From NCBI GenBank assembly GCA_023136205.1, contig JAGLRQ010000076.1, positions 1 to 29,724 of the forward strand: a stretch of DNA of 29,724 bases, given 5' to 3'. A model generated the notes under the pieces. The model saw only the letters and a program-made list of their open reading frames with translations. It did no database searches and was not told the DNA's origin. This document shows, piece after piece, positions 1-8,655 of this stretch (the stretch's first letter is position 1; each line of letters begins with the position of its first letter). A program made the position numbers and the translations under genes. Source of the stretch: Candidatus Auribacterota bacterium (GTDB lineage: Bacteria > Auribacterota > UBA6266).

Positions 1-668
1 TATTCGGCCGACATAAGTAATTCTTTAACGGTAGAACTAAGACCTCTTTTAAGAAAAATAGGTTTTTTGCACAACCCAACTTCTTTAAGAAGTTGAAAAT
101 TCTGCATGTTTCGGGCTCCAACCTGAATTATATCGGCATATTTTTCGACTAGTGAAACATCGCGGGTATCCATTACTTCGGTAACTACAGGAAGTCCGGT
201 TTCTTCCCTCGCCTTTGCCAAAAATTTCAATCCCTTTTCTCCAAGCCCCTGAAAACTATAAGGTGATGTCCTGGGTTTAAAAGCACCGCCCCGCAAGATA
301 TGAGCGCCTGCTTCTTTAACAGCTTTCGCTGTTTCTATAATCATTTTTTCATTCTCTACGGAACAAGGCCCTGCCATAACAATAAGTGTATCCGACCCGA
401 TTTCAACATTCCCCACCTTTATAACAGTATTATCCGGTTTGAGTTCCCTGCCTACAAGCTTATAGGGTTTTAAAATAGGCATTACCTTCTCAACACCCTG
501 AAAGGCTTCAATGGAAATATTCCTTATAACCTCCTCGTCGCCAATAACACCTATTATGGTTCTCTCCTTGCCCTCCGAAACCATAGGCATGAGATTAAGT
601 TCTTTTATTTTTTTAACAATATTCTTTTTCTGTTCTTCTGTTGTTCCTTGTTTTAAAACAATAATCAT
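1..668 (-). CDS. aroF: 3-deoxy-7-phosphoheptulonate (DAHP) synthase, type I-beta with an N-terminal ferredoxin-like/ACT-like regulatory domain. Only the N-terminal ~222 aa are present; the C-terminus runs off the window.
   Basis: My own translation of the minus strand from the ATG at 668-666 gives [26 protein letters not shown]...[55 protein letters not shown]...[33 protein letters not shown] and GARNMQN are classic KDO8P/DAH7P-synthase I-beta motifs. A GGAGG RBS lies at 676-680. This ORF is absent from the supplied track because it is open at the window edge. Confidence 0.85.
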   Translation of the reverse strand, partial: MIIVLKQGTTEEQKKNIVKKIKELNLMPMVSEGKERTIIGVIGDEEVIRNISIEAFQGVEKVMPILKPYKLVGRELKPDNTVIKVGNVEIGSDTLIVMAGPCSVENEKMIIETAKAVKEAGAHILRGGAFKPRTSPYSFQGLGEKGLKFLAKAREETGLPVVTEVMDTRDVSLVEKYADIIQVGARNMQNFQLLKEVGLCKKPIFLKRGLSSTVKELLMSAE

Positions 669-681
669 TTACTTACCTCCA

Positions 682-1776
682 TTAGAGAGAAAACAAGATA
701 TTTTTTAGTTCCTCAACAAAAATTTCATTGTGCTCCGGCAATCCTATCGTAACCCTTATATACTGCCTAAGCCCATAGGCATCCATAGGCCTGACAATAA
801 TACCTTTTTGTAAAAACCTGTCAAAAATCTTTTTAGAATTACCCGTTTTTATCAACAAGAAATTTGTTGATGTCGAAACATATTCAATATTCATCTGCTT
901 AAGCCGGCCCATTATAAAAGCTATTCCGTTTTTATTTTCTTTGAGACTCCTTTCAACATGCTGTTTATCATCAAACGCGGCAAGAGCCGCGGCCTGAGCA
1001 ACCGAATTCACATTAAACGGCTGCCTTGATTTATCAAGTACGCTTATTATTGACTCATCACCTATTGCGTAACCTATTCTTAACCCCGCCAATCCATACA
1101 TCTTTGAAAAAGTCCTCAAAATCAGGAGATTTTTTTTATCCTTCAAATATGAAACCGAATCAGGAAATATTTTCTTATCAGCATACTCATAATATGCTTC
1201 ATCCATCACTACAAGTACATGCGGAGGAATTCTTTTAAGAAACGTTTCAACCTCATCCGCCGTATTCATCGTTCCCACAGGATTATTCGGATTACATAAA
1301 AAGATAATCCTTGTATTCTCTGTAACAGCACCGGCTAATTTCTCAAGGTCTATGGTAAAATTTTTTAATCCTGTCTCAATAACCTTTATACCGTAACTCT
1401 GCGCTATAAGCCTGTAAATCAAAAACGACGGAAACCCATAAGCAATTTCATCGCCGGGATCTGACGCGAAAGCATGAATAGACAACAATATAAGTTCATT
1501 AGAGCCATTTGCAAAACATAAATTTTCAGGTTTTACCCCGAGCTCCGGCGCAATCTTGTTCTTGAGATAATAAGAACCGCCATCGGGGTAAAGATTAATT
1601 TTTTTCAACGCATTCTCCGCCGCCCGCAAACCGAGAGGAGACGGCCCAAGAGGATTTTCGTTAGAAGCCATCTTGATAACGGATTTAAGCCCCAGTTCTC
1701 TTTTTACTTCTTCAATCGGTTTCCCGGGAGAATAGGGCCTAAGTAAAACAATACGCTCTTTGGGTTTTGGTTTCAT
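682..1776 (-). CDS. hisC: Histidinol-phosphate / aromatic aminotransferase (class II PLP aminotransferase)
   Basis: LRPYSPGKPIEEV...ASNENPLGPSP...NPNNPVGT...RTFSKMYGLAGLRIGY (PLP-lysine SK motif). The track ORF starts at a TTG at 1785. The ATG at 1776 (MKPKPKERIV...) is the more likely start. It sits between pheA and the DAHP synthase, so it may act as the aromatic aminotransferase. Confidence 0.85.
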   Translation of the reverse strand: MKPKPKERIVLLRPYSPGKPIEEVKRELGLKSVIKMASNENPLGPSPLGLRAAENALKKINLYPDGGSYYLKNKIAPELGVKPENLCFANGSNELILLSIHAFASDPGDEIAYGFPSFLIYRLIAQSYGIKVIETGLKNFTIDLEKLAGAVTENTRIIFLCNPNNPVGTMNTADEVETFLKRIPPHVLVVMDEAYYEYADKKIFPDSVSYLKDKKNLLILRTFSKMYGLAGLRIGYAIGDESIISVLDKSRQPFNVNSVAQAAALAAFDDKQHVERSLKENKNGIAFIMGRLKQMNIEYVSTSTNFLLIKTGNSKKIFDRFLQKGIIVRPMDAYGLRQYIRVTIGLPEHNEIFVEELKNILFSL

Positions 1777-1823
1777 TCCTATCAATTTTATGATTAATTA
1801 AAAAATTTTAGCTGCTTATAACT

Positions 1824-2885
1824 TCAGTTTATCGGATATGATCCCAAGACCTTAAGAAGTTTACAATGTTTTTCCAGGCCTTTGACAGCTTTTTTAATTT
1901 TTTCATCCTCAATATATCCTTCAAAATCAATAAAGAAATAATACTCCCATACTTTCTTCTTCGATGGACGTGATTCGATTTTCATAAGATTGATCCCGGC
2001 TTTTTTAAGCGGTTGAAGAAGTTCGGAAAGCGCTCCTACCTTATCTTTAACCATCAGAAGCATGGAAGTTCTATTCTTTGGGCTTCGTTTACTGTAATTC
2101 TTACCAACAATCAAAAACCTGGTTATATTATGCGCCGTATCCTGTATGGATGACGCAAACACCTTAAGCCCGTATTTTGCGGCGGCAAGACGACTAGCTA
2201 TAGCTGCGGCATTTTTCCCCTTTGATGCCCTTATCGCGGCAGATGTCGTGCTGGAAGTAGGAATATATTCCGCTACCGGCAAATTTGATTCAAGCCATAA
2301 CCTGCACTGCCCGAAAACCTGTGGATTAGAATATATCTTTTTCACATCTTTCATTTTTGTTTTTCCAATAAGATAATGTTTAATTTCAAGATAAACTTCA
2401 GCGCATATTTTCAGCTCGGAATCAATAAACATATCAAGAGTATGAGTTACTCCTCCTTCAATTGAATTTTCAATCGGGATAACCCCATAATCGGCATTCG
2501 CTTTATCAACCAGAGCAAAAACTTCAGATATGGAAACAGCTGGAATATACCGGACAGATGAACCGAACTTGGTTTGAGCAGCCATCTGAGTAAAAGAAGC
2601 TTCAGGGCCAAGATACGCAATGCCAAGGCCTTTTTCAAGAGCAAGAGCCGAAGACATTATTTCTCTGTAAATGTTTCTGATAATATCTTTATTAAGCGGC
2701 CCTTTGTTAAACTTGAGCACATTTTTATATACTTCAGCTTCTCTGGAAGGAGAATAATATTCCGCTCCATGCTTCTTCTTTATCTCACCAACCTCAAGAA
2801 TGGTTTTAGTCCTTTGGTTCAGCAAACCCACGATTTTTTCATCAATCGAGTTAATTCTTTCCCTTTGTTCTTTAAGCTGCTTCAT
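1824..2885 (-). CDS. pheA: Bifunctional chorismate mutase / prephenate dehydratase (P-protein) with a C-terminal ACT domain
   Basis: N-terminal chorismate mutase helix RERINSIDEKIVGLLNQRTK. Prephenate dehydratase region with NITRFLIVG (TRF motif). ACT region with IESRPSKK (ESRP motif). GGAGG RBS 5 nt upstream of the ATG at 2885. Confidence 0.9.
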   Translation of the reverse strand: MKQLKEQRERINSIDEKIVGLLNQRTKTILEVGEIKKKHGAEYYSPSREAEVYKNVLKFNKGPLNKDIIRNIYREIMSSALALEKGLGIAYLGPEASFTQMAAQTKFGSSVRYIPAVSISEVFALVDKANADYGVIPIENSIEGGVTHTLDMFIDSELKICAEVYLEIKHYLIGKTKMKDVKKIYSNPQVFGQCRLWLESNLPVAEYIPTSSTTSAAIRASKGKNAAAIASRLAAAKYGLKVFASSIQDTAHNITRFLIVGKNYSKRSPKNRTSMLLMVKDKVGALSELLQPLKKAGINLMKIESRPSKKKVWEYYFFIDFEGYIEDEKIKKAVKGLEKHCKLLKVLGSYPIN

Positions 2886-2930
2886 TGTTTACCTCCTGCA
2901 AAAACTACGGCAGTTTTTCCTATATCTTCG

Positions 2931-3482
2931 TTACTTAACAATTGAAAATTGTCTTAGCTCGCTAATCTTAGGTAATTCATTTAAATCTTTTAACCCGAAA
3001 TATTCAAGGAACTTATTCGTTGTTGCGAGTAAAAAAGGCCTTCCGGGAACATCCTTCCTGCCCGAAATCTTAATAAAGTCTTTTTCAAGAAGGGTTTTTA
3101 CTATGCCATCAACATTTACCCCTCTTATCGCCTCAATATCAGCTTTGATAATCGGCTGGCGATAAGCAACTATTGCCAGTGTCTCAAGAGAAGGCTTGGA
3201 AAGCCTGCTGGGCTGCACCTGGTAAAGTATTTTTATGTACTCAGCGTACTCGGGCTTCGTAATCATCCTGTAACCCCCGGCTATATTTTCTATAAAAAAC
3301 GATTTGCCGGATTCGTTATATTCGCTGTTCAAATTCTCAATCGCTTTTTTTATTTCACTCCTGGAACCGTTCTTATCCACACTAAGAACCTTAACTATCT
3401 CAGGTATGCCTAAAGGTTTAGAAGAGCTAAAAAGAAGCGCCTCAATAACATTTTTAAGGTTTTCTCCACTCATAGAAATCAT
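2931..3482 (-). CDS. scpB: Segregation and condensation protein B
   Basis: IEALLFSSSKPL...TLAIVAYRQPIIKADIEAIRGVNVDGIVKTLLEKDFI...GRKDVPGRPFLLATTNKFLEYFGL is a typical ScpB winged-helix pair. It lies directly downstream of scpA. An alternative ATG at 3473 has better RBS spacing. Confidence 0.85.
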   Translation of the reverse strand: MISMSGENLKNVIEALLFSSSKPLGIPEIVKVLSVDKNGSRSEIKKAIENLNSEYNESGKSFFIENIAGGYRMITKPEYAEYIKILYQVQPSRLSKPSLETLAIVAYRQPIIKADIEAIRGVNVDGIVKTLLEKDFIKISGRKDVPGRPFLLATTNKFLEYFGLKDLNELPKISELRQFSIVK

Positions 3483-3506
3483 TCCTTTATAATAACTCTG
3501 TGATTC

Positions 3507-4232
3507 TTAAATACTTTCAACAAGTTCTATAGATATATTGTCAAAAGACTTTTTCTGTATTGCTTTAATAGTCTTTAATCTTATCAGTTCCAGAAGCGCA
3601 AGAAAAGTAACAACTATTTCCCCTTTATGAGAACCCGGATCAAAAAGATCCAAAAATTTAACGCTTTTTTTATTTTTCAATATTTCTGTTATATGGCTCA
3701 GTTTATCAGTAACAGTAAATCTATCTTCAAATATCTCCCTTAAATCTTCTTCCCCCGCGACATTAAGAACTTCGGAAAACGCGCTTATAAGGTCAAAAAT
3801 ACCTACATCAGAAATATCACCCGAGCCTTCGTCCTTTAATTCCACAGACGCGACACGCGTAAAAATATCTTCCCTCTGTCTTTCTTTTTTTTGAAGCTGT
3901 TCCGCAAGTTCTTTGAATTTTTTATATTCTAAAAGCTGCCTTACAAGGTCAGCCCGGGGATCTGTTTCATCTATGTCTTCTTCCGGAGGCCTTTCCTCCG
4001 GCGGCAATAGCAGCATGGATTTGATATACATCAGAGTAGAAGCCATTACCAAAAACTCACCGGCAACATTCAAATCGAGCATTTTCATCAATTCGAGATA
4101 TTCAAGATACTGCGACGTAATCTTCTCGATAGGAATATCATAAATATCAACTTCATCTTTCTTTATCAAATAAAGAAGAAGATCGAGAGGCCCTTCAAAT
4201 TCTTCAAGGTGAACATTGTAATCTTCAGTCAT
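3507..4232 (-). CDS. scpA: Segregation and condensation protein A (kleisin)
   Basis: N-terminus FEGPLDLLLYLIKKDEVDIYDIPIEKITSQYLEYL is the ScpA signature. The start ATG abuts the trpS stop (TAAATG). Confidence 0.85.
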   Translation of the reverse strand: MTEDYNVHLEEFEGPLDLLLYLIKKDEVDIYDIPIEKITSQYLEYLELMKMLDLNVAGEFLVMASTLMYIKSMLLLPPEERPPEEDIDETDPRADLVRQLLEYKKFKELAEQLQKKERQREDIFTRVASVELKDEGSGDISDVGIFDLISAFSEVLNVAGEEDLREIFEDRFTVTDKLSHITEILKNKKSVKFLDLFDPGSHKGEIVVTFLALLELIRLKTIKAIQKKSFDNISIELVESI

Positions 4233-5210
4233 TTAAATACTCAACCCTGTTATCTGCTTTACCTTTTTCAATGTTCCAAGTGCTACTTCTCTCGCTTTTT
4301 CAGCGCCTTGTTTAAGAATCCTGTTTGTATATTCCTTATCTTTTACAAGTGCTTCTCTTTTTACACGCGCTTCGGCAAAATAATCCCAGATCACTTCAAA
4401 AAGCTCTTTTTTAACTTCACCATATTTTAATCCACCAGTTTCATACCTTTTTCTCAAATCTTTTTCTTCTTTTTCCGAAAGGAACAGCTTATAAATATTA
4501 AACAGGTTGCATTTGTCGGGCTCTTTTTTGGCTTCAACCGGGAGAGAATCGGTCACAATACCCATAACCTTTTTCTTTAAAGCATCTTTCTCCATAAATA
4601 CTTCTATGGTGTTACCGTAAGATTTCGACATTTTTTGCCCGTCTACACCGGGAACGGTCGCGACAGACTTATCAATTATTGCTTCGGGTACAGTAAAAAC
4701 CTCTCCATAAACTGAATTAAATTTAATCGCGATATCTCTTGCCACCTCTAAATGCTGTTTCTGATCCTTGCCTACCGGAACAAGATCGGACTTGAAAAGA
4801 AGTATATCCGCGGTCATAAGTATCGGATAAATAAAAAGTCCGGTGTTGGGCTTAATCCCTTTAGCAACTTTATCCTTATAAGAATGGCATCTCTCCATAA
4901 GCCCCAAGGGCGTTACGTTTGATAATATCCACGCCAGCTCGGTAACTTCCGGAACATCCGACTGAACCCAGAAATACGATTTTTCAGGATCTATGCCAAG
5001 AGCAAGAAGCGACACCGCGACATCTCTCGTATAGGCAGCAAGGGCTTTGCTATCGTTTACAGTGGTAAGCGCATGCAGATTAACTATGAAACAAAACAGT
5101 TGATGATTTTTCTGGTTTTCAACCATCTTTTTTATCATGGCAAAATAATTACCAAGATGAACATTTCCGGACGGTTGTATACCGCTTAAAACTCTTTTTT
5201 TACCGGTCAT
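4233..5210 (-). CDS. trpS: Tryptophan--tRNA ligase
   Basis: SGIQPSGNVHLGNY (HIGH-type motif) and GQKMSKSYGN (KMSKS). The 325 aa length is typical. GGAGAG RBS present. Confidence 0.95.
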   Translation of the reverse strand: MTGKKRVLSGIQPSGNVHLGNYFAMIKKMVENQKNHQLFCFIVNLHALTTVNDSKALAAYTRDVAVSLLALGIDPEKSYFWVQSDVPEVTELAWILSNVTPLGLMERCHSYKDKVAKGIKPNTGLFIYPILMTADILLFKSDLVPVGKDQKQHLEVARDIAIKFNSVYGEVFTVPEAIIDKSVATVPGVDGQKMSKSYGNTIEVFMEKDALKKKVMGIVTDSLPVEAKKEPDKCNLFNIYKLFLSEKEEKDLRKRYETGGLKYGEVKKELFEVIWDYFAEARVKREALVKDKEYTNRILKQGAEKAREVALGTLKKVKQITGLSI

Positions 5211-5234
5211 TTATCTCTCCATTGAAGTAACATT

Positions 5235-5897
5235 TCAGGACAACGATATGCCAAAAATTATTGAGAAAAGGAATGTTACAATAGGAAATAATATCCTAAA
5301 CCCTCCCAAAAATAAAAACGCGATTACCAACCCTAACCCAAAACGCTCAAGACTTAAATATTTTCTGATCTGGTTGGGACGCAAAAAAGCCACTACAATC
5401 CTGGATCCATCCAGTGGCGGAATAGGAATAAGGTTAAACACCGCCAAAAATATATTAATAAGACCGGCAAAGATTATCGCCTGGCCAAAATGAAAAATAA
5501 ACGAAGCCTGATCCGTTAAGTTACAGCATAGGGATAAACTTTTATATAAAAAAGACAGAAAAACCGCGATTATTATATTGGTCAAGGGCCCCGCTGCCCC
5601 GGTCATTGCCATCCCATTGCGCCAATTACCAAAATACGCAGGATTAATCGGGACCGGTTTCGCCCAGCCAATCACCCAGAATGGTAATCCGGTTATATAC
5701 CTTAATGCTAACAGCACACCCGGTATTATAATAGTCCCCTGAAGATCAATATGAGGTATAGGATTAAGAGTAAGGCGCCCGGCCTGCTTAGCGGTAGGGT
5801 CTCCATTTATATACGCGGCCCACCCATGCGCAACTTCATGGAGTATTATCGACATTACAATTACCGGTATTCCCATTATAACGGACAAAAGGCTCAT
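5235..5897 (-). CDS. Site-2 protease family zinc metalloprotease (peptidase M50), polytopic membrane protein
   Basis: HEVAHGW (HExxH) lies in the first TM segment and NLIPIPPLDGSR (LDG motif) in a later one. About 6 hydrophobic segments. No PDZ or CBS domain. Confidence 0.8.
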   Translation of the reverse strand: MSLLSVIMGIPVIVMSIILHEVAHGWAAYINGDPTAKQAGRLTLNPIPHIDLQGTIIIPGVLLALRYITGLPFWVIGWAKPVPINPAYFGNWRNGMAMTGAAGPLTNIIIAVFLSFLYKSLSLCCNLTDQASFIFHFGQAIIFAGLINIFLAVFNLIPIPPLDGSRIVVAFLRPNQIRKYLSLERFGLGLVIAFLFLGGFRILFPIVTFLFSIIFGISLS

Positions 5898-5938
5898 AAG
5901 CTTTTCCCTTCTTATTGTACTCTAATAAAACGGATTAC

Positions 5939-5967
5939 AGAATATCAATGGTAAGTGTGTTTGTCAA
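5939..5967 (-). promoter_or_regulatory. Putative sigma-70 promoter for the M50 protease / trpS-scpAB-pheA run
   Basis: On the minus strand: TTGACA (5967-5962), a 17-nt spacer, then TATTCT (5944-5939). It lies about 42 nt upstream of the ATG at 5897, inside the only sizeable gap (149 nt) in this part of the window. Confidence 0.4.
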
Positions 5968-6046
5968 ATATTTTGATTATCGGACATCAGACCGGCAGAC
6001 AGAAAAATTTCAACTTTTCCTTTCAAACTTCATAGTATTGCCCTGT

Positions 6047-7495
6047 TCAAACAACATTCTTTTTAAAAACAGCTTCTTCAATACCGCTAATAATGTCCAT
6101 TTTCAACGCGTGAGGATTTGAAGGATTGAACATATATCTAAGTACCTGACATTTAGAAATTACCTGATCATAGTCCTTAATATCTTCTACATTACATAAA
6201 ACTATTTTAGTTATGGGAAATCTACTTTTTATTATCTCATTTATCAATCCCTGATTTATGATATTTGACGCGCGTTGAAAAATCACAGTTAAATATATAT
6301 TTAAACCGTTTTTCAACATATTCAAAGCTTCCCGCAGGTTATCCGCTATTTCTATGGTGAAATATTTACTTAAATTACTTTTTATTTTACGTAACGCCTC
6401 TATATCTTTACCAATAAACATGATAGGATAATTTTTATAGTCAATAGACGATTCAACGAGTTTAAAATTTTTCCTGTTTTTCTTATAATACTTTTGAAAA
6501 ACCTCAACCACTACAGGGTGAAATTGTTTGCCTCTACCTTTAAAAAGTTCTTCCATGGCCGATTTATGGGTAAGCGCGTCCCGATAAGGCCTGGGAGAGG
6601 TCATAGCATCATAGGCATCTGACACGGGCAGAATCCATGGAGCTATATTATCAAAGCTCTTTGAATTACCTTGCGCTTTTTTAGAAATTTCTTTACATTT
6701 CATACCATCAGGATATCCTTTACCATCATAATGCTCCTGATGGTGTAAAACAATTTCAATAATTTTTGTTAACCTGGGTATGGTTCTTAGAATATCCGCT
6801 CCCACTTTTGGGTGTTTCTTGAGTTCTTCGAACTCGTCCCGCGTTAATTTGCCCGGTTTTCTTAAAACCTCATCTGAAACAGCAATCTTCCCTATATCAT
6901 GAAGCAACCCGCTCATCCTGAGCGCATCTATTTCTTCTGATGAAAATCCCATAACTTCAGCCATTCCCGCGGAGTATTCAGCCACTCTCTCTGAATGCCC
7001 AAATGTATATCTGTCTCTGGCATCTAATGCCTTGGCCAGAGCTGTAATAGCCTGTATAGTACCCTGTTTTAATTCTTCATATAAACGCTTATTCGCGTCT
7101 GCTTCTCTTCTGAAATCTTCAAAAAGTTGCGCGCTGATTTTAGGAAGAGCTTCCTGTTCCAGTTTTTCATAGTCTAAAGGTTTTAAAAGATAATCATTAA
7201 CCCCCAATTCTTTCCCTCTCCGCATAGATTTTTGATCTGTCGCTTTACCCGTTATAATAATTACTTTAATAGTTTTATCTATCTCTTTTATTTTTTTGAA
7301 GACTTCGAATCCATTAAAACTTCCCGGAGCTAACATAACATCTAAAAGGACAAGATGAGGCCTTTCCTTCTTTATTATGGACAAAGCCTCCTCTCCTCCT
7401 GAAGCACCATATGTTTGATACCCCTTGCTGCTGAAAAAATTACACATTGTTTCCTGGATAAATTCTTCATCATCCACTACCAAAAGTTTAAGCAT
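6047..7495 (-). CDS. Response regulator with an HD-GYP c-di-GMP phosphodiesterase output and a C-terminal degenerate receiver-like domain
   Basis: REC domain: LLVVDDEE, HLVLLD(52)VML, IIITGKA, LLKPL. HD-GYP domain: GHSERVA, LLHDIGK, HHQEHYDGKGYPDG, DAYDAMTSPRPYR. Residues ~356-478 look like a receiver fold (IMFIGKD...REALNML...LTVIFQ...IVLCN...FNP) but lack the acidic pocket. AGGAG RBS present. Confidence 0.85.
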   Translation of the reverse strand: MLKLLVVDDEEFIQETMCNFFSSKGYQTYGASGGEEALSIIKKERPHLVLLDVMLAPGSFNGFEVFKKIKEIDKTIKVIIITGKATDQKSMRRGKELGVNDYLLKPLDYEKLEQEALPKISAQLFEDFRREADANKRLYEELKQGTIQAITALAKALDARDRYTFGHSERVAEYSAGMAEVMGFSSEEIDALRMSGLLHDIGKIAVSDEVLRKPGKLTRDEFEELKKHPKVGADILRTIPRLTKIIEIVLHHQEHYDGKGYPDGMKCKEISKKAQGNSKSFDNIAPWILPVSDAYDAMTSPRPYRDALTHKSAMEELFKGRGKQFHPVVVEVFQKYYKKNRKNFKLVESSIDYKNYPIMFIGKDIEALRKIKSNLSKYFTIEIADNLREALNMLKNGLNIYLTVIFQRASNIINQGLINEIIKSRFPITKIVLCNVEDIKDYDQVISKCQVLRYMFNPSNPHALKMDIISGIEEAVFKKNVV

Positions 7496-7519
7496 AAAAT
7501 TTCTCCTGCTATATTTAGG

Positions 7520-8629
7520 TCATACTGAAGCTACCACAGGAAGAATCACAGTAAAAGTACTTCCTTTTCCCACTTCACTTTTTAGATCCAACCTACCGCC
7601 AAAAGTCTTGACGATATTATCAATTATATAAAGCCCCATACCCATACCTTCGCGTTTAGTTGTATAAAAAGCTCCAAAAACTCTTTGCAAATTTTCTTCG
7701 GGTATTCCCGGGCCCGTATCCCTAACAGCTATGTGAACCCAATTATTATCTGCCTTTCCCCCGACGATAATTTTACCGCCCGTTTCACTCATAGCCTGAC
7801 AGGCATTACGAATGAGATTGAGGAATATCTCCTCAAAATGGACAAAATTGCCTTCCACCCTGGGAATGCCTTTAGCCATCCGCTTGCCAATTTTTATGTT
7901 AGTTAAAAGGGATTTGAGTCCATCTCTGGCCATCTCAATGGAACTATCCACAACCTTATAAATATCTATTTTTTCCACATGGCCGGGTTTAGAAAAATCG
8001 TTAAGCCGCTCTACAATCTCTTTTGAACGCTTCCCGTACTCTTTTGTCTTCGCTAAAAGCCTCATTATTTCAGGATCACGGAAGCCTTTCAGGCGCAATT
8101 CCTCAATAATTCTATCTATCCCAAGATTTACTCCTGAAATTGTATTTTTAATTTCATGTCCAATGCCGGCAGAAATTTCAGCAATAGTTATTAACTTTTC
8201 AGATTTTATCAGGGACTGTGTAGCCGCTTCTAAATCCTCGCTCATCTTATAATATTCAATAGCCTGTTTAATCATAAGGCTTATCTCATTCATCGCAAAA
8301 TCTTTACGGATATAACGATAGATATCTCCTTTATTTATCGCGTCAACAGCCACATCCATATCAGAATAAGCTGTAATCAAAATTCTTACAATTTTTGGAT
8401 GCGTCTCTTTAATCCGGCTTAGCAATTCTACTCCGGAAATTTCAGGCATGCGCTGGTCAGAGATAACCATAGAAATATCTTCTTTATTCACAACATCCAG
8501 AGCATCCTTAGCACTTGAAGCAGTAAACAAACTGTACTCCATCCCAAAAGCAAAAATCAGATTTTCCAGATTATTCAATTCATCATCAACTAATAAAATG
8601 TTGTAGTTTTTATAGTTCAGTTTTCTCAT
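7520..8629 (-). CDS. Receiver-histidine kinase fusion (REC + HisKA-like + HATPase_c), soluble
   Basis: REC domain: ILLVDDE, MVISDQRMPEISG, LITAYSD. H-box: SAGIGHEIKNTISGV. N box: LIRNACQAM. G1: VRDTGPGIP. G2: GMGMGL. No TM segments and no DNA-binding domain. Confidence 0.85.
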   Translation of the reverse strand: MRKLNYKNYNILLVDDELNNLENLIFAFGMEYSLFTASSAKDALDVVNKEDISMVISDQRMPEISGVELLSRIKETHPKIVRILITAYSDMDVAVDAINKGDIYRYIRKDFAMNEISLMIKQAIEYYKMSEDLEAATQSLIKSEKLITIAEISAGIGHEIKNTISGVNLGIDRIIEELRLKGFRDPEIMRLLAKTKEYGKRSKEIVERLNDFSKPGHVEKIDIYKVVDSSIEMARDGLKSLLTNIKIGKRMAKGIPRVEGNFVHFEEIFLNLIRNACQAMSETGGKIIVGGKADNNWVHIAVRDTGPGIPEENLQRVFGAFYTTKREGMGMGLYIIDNIVKTFGGRLDLKSEVGKGSTFTVILPVVASV

Positions 8630-8655
8630 TGTTTTCTTAACAAACTCCTATATAT

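Noticed and set aside
2900-2918. Hairpin AAAAACT-ACGGC-AGTTTTT between scpB and pheA as a terminator or attenuator.
   Set aside because: The stem is almost purely A-T and the U-run is part of the stem rather than following it. It sits only ~14 nt from the pheA start, next to the GGAGG RBS. It is too weak to call.
5898-6046. The 149-nt gap between the HD-GYP gene and the M50 protease as a possible small RNA or riboswitch.
   Set aside because: I found only a promoter-like TTGACA-17-TATTCT. I could not fold any extended conserved-looking helices, pseudoknot signatures or terminator by hand. Covariance-model scanning (Rfam) would be needed to say more.
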